Below the pieces are notes generated by a model, which was not told where the DNA came from, did not search any database, and worked only from the letters and a program-made list of their open reading frames with translations. Below, piece after piece: positions 1 through 14,430 of a DNA stretch of 64,000 nt. Position 1 is the first letter of the stretch; every line of letters starts with the position of its first letter. The DNA comes from Iphione sp. A-MEVVRFRX5 (taxonomy: Eukaryota), in assembly GCA_976226885.1 (NCBI GenBank), contig OZ320318.1:43028001-43092000 (forward strand). Reading direction: 5' to 3'. The position numbers were made by a program, and so were the translations under genes.

Positions 1-1044
1 AACATGTTATATGTTCGTTCCATCAAATACAGGGGTCTGAAGCTAGGAAATATCTTGCCGGAGCATGTAAAGAGGACCAAAAGGTTTACCCCCCTGCCTT
101 GCTGATGCCATATGGCTGACCTGGTCTGGATCCAAATTGAGGAGACCATGGAGGCAGCTCAACTCCATGGGTCTCAAGGTCATTTTAAGGGCATTTGGCT
201 CTACTCCATCCAATGCTGGGCAGTATGGTGTCCAGGGCGATATACACAAACCTGCTGTATCTTTTCCATAGTTGTTATACTGTATCTGATGTGTTACACT
301 TTAGCTGATGGGTTTTGTGTTTTGGGATGAGCGTATATATGTTTATCGCACCAGTGCATTCATTATGACTGTCTAGATTGTTATATCCTGCTGCTACTTT
401 CTGATAACTCTTAATAGGTTATCAGGACTGCGTTCTGACGGTATTTGCATGCTGGACATAAGCTAATTATGCAATTTACATATTGACTGTATGTGTGATG
501 TTTCATTCTAACAGCTGCTATGATGTCTATGTAGAGATTTATTTTGCCAATTTCTGCTTTGTACCTTTTCTGTAATTCCTGCAAGTAAAACCTCTGTTAC
601 TTGTACAATGGAGAAGAATAGTAAAATATCAATCAATAAATCAATCAGTTTATGTACATGCATGCTATATCCATTGGTTATATAACAGGGCATGTTAAGT
701 CCAGGATATAACTCTTCAAAGTAAATATTTCATATAATCTTGGCACTGTTCATTGTACCGTGGCAGAGCTATCTCAGCGTTAATAGAATGTGCATAAAGA
801 TGTATGATCTCACACATGCATGCGACATATTTCTCCCTTGCCCTGAATCTAACCTCATGGCGCTAGGAGAACTATCAGTACCAATGTTGCTAACACCAGA
901 CCTTTTTATATGTGTTGTTCACGTTAAGACATTCCTCAGCATGCATCTATGTATTGCCAACAAGCCCAATCTAAAAGTGTGTTTTTTGTGGCAGGAAGGT
1001 TTTGAGTAGAGGTATGTTTTGGATTATGTGCCTCGTTCATATAT

Positions 1045-1113
1045 CTTCTCTCCCCCTCTCTCTCTCCCTCTCTCTCTCTCTCTTTCTCTCCCTCTCTCTT
1101 GCTCTCTCTCTCT
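1045..1113. repeat. (CT)n microsatellite
   Basis: Direct inspection. Confidence 0.9.
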
Positions 1114-2039
1114 GGCTAGCTAGGGTGTATGGCTAATTGTTGAATCAGGATCAGGTTAGAACCGAAACAACCCACATCGACCCAGCGCGTGAGATATCAC
1201 ACATAAAATTCTTATAACATAAAGTGAGACCATGAAAAAGAAACTCCCTTGATTAACTTCCGTGATAGGTCTAGCGCTGTCTCGCATGTCCTCGTTCAGT
1301 CTCGTGCATTTCTCATCTAACGTCGCGTGACTGCTAGCCACTTTCGCCACCTATGGAGACGCGCCCTAAAGAGAGCAAGCAGTCGGCCATATTAATTTGA
1401 GTATCGCTTTTCATCGATTCCTGTTTTTGTCCTCTCTTATTCCATCCATAATGAAAGCGTTCTAACAGACCGGGCCTCTTGAACAAGGCAGGCACCATCA
1501 CATTCTAGATGGTTATATATACTGCGTATTGATCTGAGTATACACTTGAACTAAGTTCAAGATATAATGTCTTTTCAGCGTAAATGTATATTGAAAAATG
1601 TAGTTGCCTCCCTGATAAACGACGGTTCCCCATACTATTGGTTGAATTCGTTCTAGTTTGGTGTTAATATTCTTTCCGTAAATCTGTTTGAATGTATTGC
1701 TGATATGATTTCTTTATCCTTTTTACACGGATGGTATTATATATTTTTCTCTGTGTAAAAATCATACACTTTCATTATTTATGTAAATACTTGATATAAA
1801 CACGTAGTTACATTTTGTTCATTTCTTACAACACTCATCTACATGTACGTGTGATCTTCGCTGTCTATAACTAAAGCTATTCTATCGTCCGTATAATGTA
1901 CCATTTTTAAGGATATCTGCTCCAACACCTACTACATTTCCAGCTCCTTTGCAATATTCCAGCTTAATCAAAGATCTGTCTACATACCAAGTAATACACA
2001 ATGTTTGTTCGCTGGATCGAATCAGGAGATCAATTATCG

Positions 2040-2070
2040 GCAGTCACGTGGCACAAAATGGCGGTCCTTT
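2040..2070. promoter_or_regulatory. Promoter-like motif pair (E-box + YY1-like)
   Basis: GTCACGTG at 2043-2050 and CAAAATGGCGG at 2054-2064 in a CpG-enriched patch. Confidence 0.35.
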
Positions 2071-4279
2071 CATTTCCTGTCACCATGGCCTCCCTCTGGT
2101 ACCACCTCCCTCCAGACCTATGCAAATTACGCACTATTATTTCACGTCGGGAAATATGGAATTCAAGAATGACGGGACATGGAGGAGGTCTACCGGTTAT
2201 CTATCGGCTCGCGAATGGCACAATTCTCGCTTTGATTCTTTAGTGATTCATTGTCGTTGTGTTTCATGAATAATCTTGGTTATTCAAATCCTGGTTTCAT
2301 ATTAAATTTCTCAAAATCACTTCATGGGAATAGAACTTGAAACATGATGCCTTGCATATTCTCAAAATGATATCATGACAAACTAAAGCACAAAGCAACT
2401 CTGACCCCATTTACTCATGTCCGCTCGAAATATCACTCGCAACTTGTCGTTTCTCCAGAAACATGAAACCTCAGCAGCTCATAGGCTTACCACCCCTCAC
2501 ATGCTTACCATTGTAGTTGTCCGCATCTTCCGCTCATACCTCTACTTACTCATAATAAACAGCTCAGTACTTCACTAATACACAACTTTGACGGTTTATA
2601 TCTTCAATGATACACATCCTGAATAACTCATACATTCTCCATACACATATTGAGCAGCGCACACCTTCACTATTACAGAGCTTCCTAGACTCATGCATGT
2701 AGGAATGTAAATATTGAGAAACTCATAATTTCTGTAATGTACGTCTTCAATAGTCCATACCTTTACTGAAACACTATCTCCAATTGCTAGAACCATCATT
2801 AATACGCATCCTTCTCTTTAAAAATCATCAATTAATATGTATCGTTCATGGCACCTAACGTGGACACTAAGTTTCTGTATCCATGTATAAACCTATGACT
2901 TGACACATCACTTTTGCCCTTCTTTCAATATCCACGTTGTATCCACTCTCGAAGATTGGGGTGAGATATGGGTAGTAGGTGAAAAGAAATAATGACGCAA
3001 CTCAGGGCTCAATTACGGTTTAAGTTGTTTGTGCTGGGAGTCGTCGATCCACCTTATTGACTTTTAAGCCAACATTTTGGAACCTATTTAGCTTCCGCCT
3101 CTACTTGTTCTCTTATAATGAAAGTTCTACTCGTTGAAAGAAAGCCGCCCTGTCGATATGAGACTACGTGCAAACAAATTGACCCAGCGTAGTGTATGAC
3201 TAGTCGCTATGTTGAAATGGAGAAGTAATGTCAGCGGCCTTGATTATGTAAAACCAACTGCTACCTTAGAGTCTAATGCACTTCATCTCCAGTAGCAATC
3301 TCCAATAAATGGGATAGGAGAGCATATGACCGTAAGCTCTGTAACTAAATAAAGTATTCACATTATAAAGTGTCAATGAATCTGATTGTGTAGTGTTCTA
3401 CGATTGGAATATACGTCTGGTGTGATTTTGGATTAATGTGGATGATATCTTTCTTCATAATTATTCTTTTCTTTTAATTCATTTTCAGATGTACAAATCC
3501 CTGCTTCTTGTATTTTAGTTCACTTAGTAATTAATGTTCTTGTGTTTCTTCAATTTGTTTAAGATAACCTTCATATGTACTACAGGTCGTGGAAATTTCA
3601 TTTGGGGTTGCTTACTCCCTTGATAACTGAACATTAAGGTGAAACATGTCTCTTATGTAACGGTTAGAAATAACTACAGTACTATTTCAGCTCATAGAGT
3701 ATACTTCCTTATCGCCCCTTTACCTCTTGTGGTCCATTTGGTTTCCCTGTGTATCTTATACTTTCAATCTTCCCCCTTCTTTCTCTCTGTCTTCTTTGCT
3801 CGTCTTCTACCTCTGTCTAGAAGCTCCCCATGTCTGTTTTTTTTCGCTGTACATGGAAACGCATCGCACATTTAGGAAAGTGTGAAAGAAAAGGAGAGAG
3901 GTAGTAAGAGAGGACAAAGGGAGAACGGACTGGTTTTTCTAATTTCTCGATCTTTCAACGTATGTAGTAATAGTCCCGGAGTTACGTTCTTCAATATTAT
4001 TCATCTTCAACAAAATAGATTGCATCAATTCATCGCCAAAGGGCAAAACTGATCTAAATAAATGAATGAAGGTGGATTAAAAGTCTTCGCCAACAAAATT
4101 AATTCATGTTTGAATTCACAGTTGAGGATGACAGCAACACACAGGAACCATTTCTTAACTTTGTTCCTGGTTTATTTTTCTCTGAATATTTTATCGACCT
4201 TTCTGTCAAATGGGCACGAGTTATCGCTTACTGGGCGTGCGTGTCAGAAATAGTTCCACCTTTGCACTCGCTTCAGTCC

Positions 4280-4490
4280 TCATGCACGCCACGTGACCCA
4301 GGAATGTGCGCGCAACATGAGAGGCTGCGTTGTCAGCACGATTGTGGTGGATGACGGCAAGGCGCCCAAAACGGTGCCTAGAGAGCGCTTTGAGATCTGA
4401 GATGCCGGAGAGACGCTGCAGGGACGCCGACATCTGGGTGTGGTCAGACCGGAAGGAAACTAAACCGGATCCGGAAGCTGAGAGTAAAAA
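4280..4490. promoter_or_regulatory. CpG-enriched promoter-like region
   Basis: CACGTGAC at 4290, TGCGCGCA at 4307, and CCGGAAG at 4449 and 4471. Confidence 0.35.
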
Positions 4491-7069
4491 CGACAACGTT
4501 TAGATTTGATCTGATCTTTCGATAAAATTCTCAGAGGTACTTTCCAAGAAATGATCCCTTTCTGCAAACCCCGTGTGGATAAGGGAGGGGAGCAATGCCA
4601 GGTTTCTCTCCCCGCTGACTAAAGTTTCTCTCAGATTTCTCATCTCAGCATTCCTTATTCACCAGTATGTGCACCACCTGGACTTCCCCATATATCCTTG
4701 TGAACAGTCACAAGCACTATATCTGTTTACCGTTATCCTATTATAATCATTTCTTTTTGTAGCGGCAACAATCTACCCAAATGTCCCCCCTGGAGTTTAA
4801 TCTTGATTTACTGTTCTACCGTACACAGTTCCATATGTGCAGGTGTTTTTGATGGACGTCCCATAGCATCGGCATCAAAGTTCAATACAAAAGCTAGTTT
4901 AATATTAACTTGGAATGACGAACTACCAACACGTTCTGCGACATAAAGTCCCTTTGTCTACTGCATCGTCGTAATGTTGCGGTCACTCTCTCGCGACAGA
5001 AGTTCACCTCTACAGTATAACCGAGGCTAAGTAGATGTATCTCTGATATATTTTCAACATCTGGTCAACGAAGAGCATGCTTTCAACGCAAAAAGAGCAT
5101 GTTTTCAACGCAAAATCCTTTCGTATGGCACGGACAGCCAGTCAGTAACTGGCTAGTTCCTGCGCAGCCTAAAGTGGGGCAGCTTACTTCATCTATAACT
5201 ATGGTAGGTTGTCCTGCTTCGCATCAATAGGGATTCTTTGCCCGAATGGTGGCGTTTCATCATTAACGAATGATTTACCGGTTTGATGCCAAAGTAAAAT
5301 TTTTTCAAACTTTGCACCATACAGTAAACACAAAACGTCTGAAAATATTTTATTCTGCCTATATCTTTGTAAAAACTCTTCGAACCATTTAGGAATTATC
5401 TATAGCGCTTTTATCAGAACTGTTCCCTGAGCCGCTAGTTGAGCATTTTCTATGAGTGCTTTCTAAAAAGCCTTTTTTCCAATAGGAAAATTATCTTCAA
5501 AATATTTTTAAAAAGCTGTTTACCTAACAACCATTTAAGAACAATTTTCATAACAATCCGCCATCAATGTTTTAAGTGAATCGCACTTGGAAAATACATA
5601 TTGTGAAGTAAAATATTATGGGAGTTAGTAGGAAAAGAGAGGAATATCCCTGAAACGTATATCATTTTTATAGTGAAAGCAACTAAAGGAAATGCTTAAA
5701 ACTAATTAAGCTTTAATAGGCAACATTTGGCATAATAAATGTAATATGTGTAATGTGCTTTAATGCGTAAAACTTGGATTTCTATACGTTTTTTCCTTGT
5801 TATATAATTCATCGTAAAAGAACTAAATATTTGAAAAGAAGTTGTAGAGAAATTAAGAATACTAATGGCCACGAGTATAATGTATGATCTGCATGGTCTC
5901 GTGGTCCGCATACCTGCTTTCAGTATGAAACATCTGGAGTTAACATCTCAGTTGGGTACAATCGAAAAATGTTTCACTGTATCTGGGGAGACAGTCCCTG
6001 AGAAAAAGGCGTTTTCGGTTGCCTAAGGGCAAGGGTCCAAGGGCAACAGAACGCCAAAGAAGAAATTGTTTCCTAAACGAAAATACAGTAGTATATGACA
6101 GATTGAAAGGAATTATAATGCAGAAATAATGACATGCAATTTTCGTTTATTTTCAATTAGAAAAATACTTATAATACTTGTTGAAATATTTATTGTTCTC
6201 CTTTCCTTATTTACTTTGTTCCTATAAATGTCCCTCCTCCTCCTCTCTCTAGTTTTTATCTCCCTACCCATCTCCCTTTACATCTCCTTTTCTCTCCGCA
6301 CTCCCTCTGTGTCTCTTTTTTTCCTTCGTCAATGCTGCTATTCATCTCTCGACCAATAATAAGGTCATTTCCCCGACCCGTGACAGCAGCCACTGGAAGC
6401 CCGCAGCAGGTGTCGCCCTGGTAAGATCATCATGTTGTGCTTATTCACCATTTTGATAGCTAACTCTCCGCGTGTTTTCTAGCTACAGGTGGGCACGTGC
6501 ACCTGTCAACACCAGGGCACCAGGGCTCACACAGAGTGACTGAGTGCACCCAGGTCAGGGCCAGGGAGATGTATGGATGACACGAGAAAAGTGAGAGTGA
6601 GCAATAACCAGAGGGAAAAGGCGATCTTAGTATAGAAAGAAAGCTCGAAGAAACGTGCAAGGGAAGGCCATGATTGAAGGCGATAGAAAAGAAGAGAAAA
6701 GTCCTTGATGAGAATAATTCTGAGGAGAAAGATAGATGGACGAGAAAAGAGAACAGCTGCGAGAGCAAAGCAAAAGGCAGGGAGGAGAAGGGGGCAGAGA
6801 CATAGGAGGGGTCAGAGAGATGACGCAATTCCCGATATCAATGAGAGGGACACAAGGAAGAAAAAGAAAAAGGCAAAATAGAAGAGAAGAAAGAAGAGGA
6901 ACTACGGGGTGATGTGATACGGGTGAATATCTACATATTGTTACATATCTTGCTTGTAACTAAATGTACCTGCTGTTAAAAACCACACCCTAGCTCACCC
7001 ACGGTTAATCTACTTTAGCCTGATGCATCAAGCTTTAGTGAAACATCCCATTACTTCTTGGGCTCTGTC

Positions 7070-7330
7070 ATTGGCTGTCACCTTTTTCTTACATATATGG
7101 GCATGACCCCCCCTCTTTATTGATGATTGGCTGGGAATGTTCTAATAAGTGCATACATTGTATTTATGGATGGGATCTTTTCAATTATTGGTTGATGCAG
7201 AAGCAATTAACAAAGTAGCGGATTTTTTTAAATGTCTATTTATTGGCTGGCTTAGGTTAGGTGATCAAGAGCAGATCTATGATTGGCTGAATGGAGCTGT
7301 TCTGTAAGGTTTATATGAGAGGGCAGTCAG
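7070..7330 (+). promoter_or_regulatory. Cluster of five reverse CCAAT boxes upstream of a TATA-like element
   Basis: ATTGG at 7070, 7126, 7187, 7242 and 7282; TTTATAT at 7310. Confidence 0.35.
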
Positions 7331-9218
7331 CCTTGAGTTCCATCTCCCGAGTTGCAGTCCTTCATTGCTCAACCCACACTTACAACACATACAGAAGGCG
7401 CTGCATGAAAAGCCATTCTCCGATATTGACATTTATCTATATACTGGGATAGCCAGGGGACGGGTGAATGACATTTCACACCTCACAGGTGTCACAGCCG
7501 TACGTTTTCCCACCTTTGAAGTTTCATGTGAGTGAACGGCTAATGTAGATCCTTGTTCATGCCACACACGTGGGACATGGTGTGTTCTGCATGGGTACGG
7601 TAAAGATGCCTAACTATTTTATCTTTACAGTACTGTAACTATTCGTATTGCTTCAATATCCACCTAAACTGGCATCGACATATGTTCTGCAATGCTTTTT
7701 GTCATTTTCATATAGGTACACATTGGTTTTTTTTATATTTCCATTCTTTGTGATTCATAGGCATCTACGATACGATAGATATCTTCAAGTCTTCAAAGTA
7801 GGTTTGTTGGTTCAAACAGGCATACTGCTTTTGTTGATTGTTTTAACTTTTCGAAGAAACACTCACCCACATTATATGAATGTATGAACATGTTTATATT
7901 GCTGCAATTTTCTTAGCTTTTGTACAAACAGTTTCCTTCGCCATACAGACGACGTAAATACCACCTGGGTTCTGCGAAGGTAGCAGCAAATCATTAAGAA
8001 CGGATGACTCACCCTCTCCCTCGTTACACTATCACTTATGACGTCACAACTATGGTAAATGTAGAAAAGGGTCTTAGGGGGCATTGGATTTCCCTAGGCA
8101 AGGTGAAGGTCAGAAGGAGAGGTAATTTCCAGCGGCGTCTGGCATAGCATGGCCGTCTGGTGGCCATTTTAATTATCACACCTCACGTGACGATCGATAG
8201 CCAACACGAACAATCCCTAGGTTGCGGGGGTGTTCGTTGGTGTGCCGCCGGAGGGTGGGGGGGAGGGGAGGGGTGAGGTGGGGAATGGGGCTGCTTATGC
8301 TGTCGATGGTATCTATAGGAATACTAGAGCTATGTGGTGGGTAGGGGCTAAACATAAAGAAGTGAAGACACGAGAAATGATCAGATCCTATAGTTCGAGG
8401 GGGGGGGGGAATTAGAGTAGGCCTACAAAACGAAAACAAGTCTAAAGAAAAATAAAAGAGGAAACACTCTGCTTGAATCCAAGCATAGGCATAATGTCAA
8501 AGAGACTAGAAAGGGCGGAAACGGGAGAGCAATGAGGAAAATCACAGCCGACGTCAAGTAACAGGGTACCGGGCAAGTCCAAGTTGCCTTCGGTAAAGAA
8601 AAGACAGTCCATTCTATGAAAGCGAAAACCTGTTCCTTGTCACGCTTTTCGACTTTATGTTGACCAGCAGAGAGTAAAATTAGCAGCATTTTATATGGGA
8701 CTTAGACCTTGGCTCTATCCAAGTCTATAATCATAGCTCTTTGAAACTCAGACCTGTATATCCTAGTAAGTTATTCAGAATTGTAAAGGCTTAGTCAATT
8801 AATAAATGTTTTACTCTGATCTAACCTGCAGCATCTAGAGACATTTCAATTGAATAGGTCAAGTTCTTATTAAGTATGAATGATTTACTGTTTAAAAGCT
8901 TAAAGCAACCCATAACTAACCCTTTATAATTCTTAATAAGGAAAACATTTATATCCTTGTTGGCAATCAATAATAACGTTTCAACATACGATTGCGCCTC
9001 ATTGTACAAAACAGAACCTTCCCGACATTTGAACCATTCGATGGATAATCTTACATTTGAAATTAACTTACGATTCCCCCCCCCCCCAAAAAAATCGAAT
9101 CCTCGGTTAAATGAGACAAAGTGTTTGCATGCAGATATGAATAACATGATATGCAGTACCTGTGTACATTTTTGTACGTCTTGTAGAATTTGAAATAACC
9201 CTTTTCTCTTTGGGACAG

Positions 9219-9273
9219 GATATACGGAATACTGATTGCACAGTATGCTGCCACATTCCACACTGTGAGGAGG
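9219..9273 (+). other. Candidate 55-nt internal exon
   Basis: Acceptor cccttttctctttgggacag and donor GG|gtgagt. Two frames are open (IYGILIAQYAATFHTVRR or DIRNTDCTVCCHIPHCEE). Product not recognised. Confidence 0.3.
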
Positions 9274-10504
9274 GTGAGTTTCGACATGCTGCCTGTTTAA
9301 CCCATCTATTCATCAGTCTTCAAATTACCTCTCTGGGTGTACGTGCATTACTCTGCAGCTGTCAATGGATTCTTCCAACGGTTCGTTGAGCATGAAAAGC
9401 CACCACAAACCTCGAAATCCTTGGTCAGTGACGTCCATTGTTTCATCTCCTAGACATCCTCTGCAGGAACTCACAAAGAGGATACCTCTTGAGGTGACCC
9501 GATCTGTCCGCTAGTGTAGTAGCACTAGTCGTATACAACACCAGCCTTGCACCTGCGTATACATCTGTATTGATTTATACATTATGTGTGAGGTGCCAGC
9601 GTAAGTTCAGATTCTCATTTGTTTACATACAAATAAATATATATAGAGGTATATAGGTGATATATAGATGTCTCAGTTAGAAATCTACTTAGAGGGGTTA
9701 TTTCTCGTTCTACGTTGTTGCAAATGTTAGTTGTGTACCGCACAAGTCACAAAAACAAGGCTCCTAAGTGTAACTTCGGTTCACCTGTCTATATAGAGCT
9801 AGGCTCTCCCTGTGTGCACCGTTCAGGCTGTGCTACTATTCCTAATGCCCTGTAGCGATAGTTGTACTCTCCATGCCCACCAGAGTAAGTCGTTCTTACC
9901 AACCTTTGTAGACTGCCTTGGTTCTACTCATTTGTCTATGACCTATTTTGACAGCCATTGAACATCAACCCGTCGACTACTCCAAATACTTTCAAGGAAG
10001 TACCTCTTTACCCTCTGACCCTTACAACCAGTGAAAAATCATCGAACAGATCGCTATTCCCATAAATGTCACTGTAATAATGAAGGTGGGTAAACCGTCT
10101 GATTAAGAACACTCCGGCCTGGTAGGGAAGCAAATGTGTGACCTTCGGACAAGCAGACCAACGATCAAAACTGATCAAACCTGATGCACGAACTCGGCTT
10201 ATCCCCACGCCACAAATAGAGGAAAATTCAAAGCCATGAAATTAAGTTGGAACGAGCCATTCCGTATCAGTATGCCTTTTTTTAGGAAAGTAAGAAAATA
10301 ACAACAATTGTATAGCGATAAAATGTTCGTTATTGCTAATTTATTACAAAGAGAAATGTGAAATATTATTGTCTTCTCTACGAATAAATGTATGCGTAAT
10401 GTTTTACAAGACTACTAGAAAAAGTGCACAACATTGTCATTATTGAAAACTCTATCTTCGTCTCCCCCTTATGCCTTTCTCTGTTCATCAATCTGTCTCC
10501 CCCC

Positions 10505-10506
<2 letters not shown>

Positions 10507-10546
<40 letters not shown>
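10507..10546. repeat. (CT)n microsatellite
   Basis: Direct inspection. Confidence 0.9.
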
Positions 10547-10549
<3 letters not shown>

Positions 10550-11924
10550 CTATATGTGTTTCCAATTTTTTTCTCAACTTCTGCTTTATTGCTTTATCTT
10601 TCTTCTAGTTCTCTCTGACACTTCTTCTTCCCTTTCCTTCTTATTCCTCTTTCTCCATCTCTCTCTCTCCCATACTCTGTCTAAAAGCTTCCGCTTTGAC
10701 TTTAACTGTCTTAGTTCAGATTATATACATGTCATGTATTTGTTTGGCTTGTCACATGGACGAACATGCCTCTATACGCACGAAGGTTTTGATTCGGCTA
10801 TGACTCCGATGATTTGTTCAGTAATTTAGTAGACTGTTTATTTGTACACGCTGGCAGCTGACTCTTTCCGACGTGTTTCAGGAGCGAGAACCCTGCAGAA
10901 AGTTATTACACTTATTTATATCTAATCCCTTCTGCATTTTAACCCTTTCCCCTCCCCCCTTACATACGCCCTACGTATACACATCTGCCTTCCCTTACAT
11001 ACTAGACTCCCCACACACGCTACCCATATCAGAGATAGTGACTATTGGAAGAAAGATCGTCAGACAAATCTAGGTCGGGTTATCGAGGTTGCTAGACAAA
11101 CATGGATTTCAAAGGGACTGAACGGCACCAGGGTGGTCTAGAGTAGTTAGTCTTCCTGTAATTCCTATTTTGCTAAGATTTTTTCTCTTAACAATCTTCA
11201 GGTTATTCTCTCTGGATTGAAAAAGAAGAGAAGAAACCGATAGAGTTGTGAACACTGGGGAACATCGCTATGTACCTGTCTTTAATTAGACCATCTGCAA
11301 AGCTTTCAAGCCACTTTCATGTTTAACCTTTTCACACTCGTGCGAGTTTTGTGTCTTGTCTTGTCTCTGCATCAGCATGAATCACCGTAAATCAACTTGT
11401 CTCCCTGTTGAACTTTGACCCGTCTGAGCTCTTTGAGTCTTCACCCTCGATATCTTCCTTTGCTCTCCTTTTTTCAGTCTCTTGTGTCATCTCTACCTCG
11501 TTTCTCTATTTCCTTCTATTTATATCTATTTTCTCACATCTCACTCTCCTTCATTGATTCTGCTTTCTGGCTTCTGTTTCCCTCCTGATATATACAATTT
11601 CATACCGTTCTTTCGTATCTGCTCACTAATTACAAACCTTTATCCTAACATTCAACTTTCTTACTCTCCCTCTTTCCCTTCTCCTTCTCACAAATTTTAT
11701 TCGTTTCTTTCTGTGTCTTTTTTAGCAATCTCCTTCTTTGTATGGACATTGCTGACCCAAAACCCCTCATTTTTCCGTTAAGTTGTCTCACCCCCTTGCT
11801 CTCTATCTCGTCCACTCTGTGTCTTTCATCCCTGTCCTTAACCCACCCTATGCACTACTTCAGCGTCCTCCCTCCTCTTCAGCCTAATCCACCAAGGAGG
11901 CCATGTTGTAACCTTTAACCTAGC

Positions 11925-12070
11925 CACGTGACTAGTCGGATCACGAATCCTGAATAGCCAACTCAACCGGAAGTGGATCTCGGCCGTCACATGGTGTATT
12001 CCGCTTCGTTTTGACAAGCGCGCCTGCGCAGTAAATCCCTAAAGGGACCCTGAGGAGGCGCCGCCGCTTG
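11925..12070. promoter_or_regulatory. Housekeeping-type promoter motif cluster (E-box, ETS, NRF1)
   Basis: CACGTGAC at 11925, CCGGAAGTG at 11967 and GCGCCTGCGCA at 12020, in a CpG-enriched stretch. Confidence 0.5.
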
Positions 12071-14039
12071 ATAGATGCTGAGAACCGAATGCTGATTCCA
12101 GGCAGAAGTCTGTTTGTCTGTGTATTTGGTGCCGTCTAACTGCCTGTTTGCTTACTTGTTAAAGACTAAACTTCTTTCCTTCCTGTTTCGTTTTCCTTTC
12201 GGTAGTAGTGTTCACTGACTCCAGTCATTTTCTCCCACAGAATCCTGGTTCACCTAATATTATCATCCGATATTGTGAATCATGCAGAGATAATACGTAG
12301 GCATACCATAACTGGTATTCAGGGGTGATTAAGTAGAATATAACATACATATATTGTAAATGCTGTCGATAAGAGAAATGATAAAGGTTTGACATTCTAA
12401 CATATTGACAATCACAAAAGTCGTGTTGAAAAATGTATTCATGGAACTCGAAGACAATGATAAGTCAGAAATAACGTTACAACAGTACACAATTTTGAAA
12501 CAATAAAAAAACAACAACCTAACCTCAATTACTTGGGCAAAAACGATGTAGTCAGTCATAAATTATTTGTTTCCAAAAGGCGAGGGACTCTTGTACCTCT
12601 CCCTTTTCAGCTCTTGGTATTACCCTCTGAAGTGACTCTTTACTGGCTCTGGGATACGTTACGCTCATATGAGCGCGATATACCGAGCAACTCAAACAGT
12701 GAAAGGTCCTTATATCCTCTCAGAGCTGAATGCACTTCAAACGCTGCAAGTTTGCAACTGAATTATTTCTTACAGTCAATGGCATGCCGTTGCAACGGCC
12801 AGGCTCCCCATGGAGATGAAGTTGTCATAGTAATAAGCTTGAATTACTTGTCATTTACTTGAAGGAATGGTTCTTGAAAATTGCACTCATATCAGGTTAT
12901 CACTTGCCAGGCCGCCTCACAAAGAAGGCTGTCAACCTAAGAACATTCACCAATGAAATACTGCTTTGGGAACTTGAGACAGACACACAAAGTTGCTTGT
13001 AAAGATGCTCCTTGTGGTGCACCTTATTAGATCTTTTGTCATACGTCACATTTAAACTCACAGTTGCACAGACAGCGCCACTGATGTCCAGGAGAATAGA
13101 CTAGATCTCTTTCCAGTAGCAGAACTGAGAAAAGTTCAAGCCACTGTATTCTTATTCAGTCTGAGCGATTTTAAATAATCGATAACTAGCGTTCGATTTG
13201 TAATATATACACACATTTATTTATGGGTGTACGTATTTACTTATACTCAACTTAGAGCATTCCTTCAAGCACGTAAGCGCGTTCACAATCTGAATAAGAT
13301 AGAACGGAATATAATTCACTTGTCTGACCTCTAACACTACATAAGTCTTAAGTAGCAAGCTAAGGATCATTTACTCTTGTTTTAAAGACAGATATTGCAC
13401 TTGAGTCTTTATTAGACTTTAGTCTTTATTGCACTTTATTAGATCATGCTGACATTGAAGCGGTTCGTTCCCGTGCGTGGGCATCCGTTTATGTCAGACA
13501 TCAGCGGAATATCTGAAATGATATTAACCCTTATTCTTCATAAATTTCGATACATTTTCATTCACTTCTGCCGAGATGGCCTACATTTAGCCTGGTACAG
13601 CCAGGGTCTTCATTTAGAAACCATGAACAGATTTTCTGAAGGTACTGCCATTGAGTTCTAAATGTGTAACAGGCAAGTATAAGCTGGAAATATTATCTCC
13701 ACATCACAAAGAAAGTTTATATAAGTATATATATATATGATTAAACTGTTTACATAGTTATAGACATGTATGTCCTTCGTTGACTATTCTAAGGGTTGTG
13801 TATCTAGAGAGGGATGACGTACTATTGGGTAACAAGTGTTGCCAGTGAAGGGGTTCCCATGCACACGAAAGCGCACCTGCTTGTTCATACCTATTCTGAT
13901 ATAACTGATGTCTGTCACACCTAGTATATCACAGCTGACCTTTATTACACTTAGTGTAATGCAGGTTCTTCTTTATCACAGCCAGTATTAAATAGACAAC
14001 TTTTTTTATAACAAGTAAAGCATTGTTGATATCAAACCT

Positions 14040-14430
14040 AAAGTAATATGGCTAACTTGTATCATACCTAGTACAATATAACTTACCTGCGTTGCATCTA
14101 GCACAATATGGCTGTTTTATCCGCCCTAGTGCAATACAGGCTCGCTTCTATTAAGCCTAATACAATATGGCTGGATTTTATCATGCCTAGTACAACCCAT
14201 CTCACCATTAGTACAATATAACCGATCTTACCACACATTTTACAATACAAGTTGCCTTGTATCATACCTACAACAATATACCTGACCTGTGCTACTCCCA
14301 GTAAAATATCGTTTACGTTCGTCATACATGTTACAATATGACTTATTTTTAACACACCTAGTATAAATTGCTTGCTTAATTATACTTAGGACAGCACAAT
14401 TTGCTTTTATCAAACCTAGTAGAAGGCTTT
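14040..14430. repeat. Degenerate ~30-bp minisatellite
   Basis: Recurring (c)ctagtacaatatggct...ttatcatac units, more than 10 copies. Confidence 0.6.
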
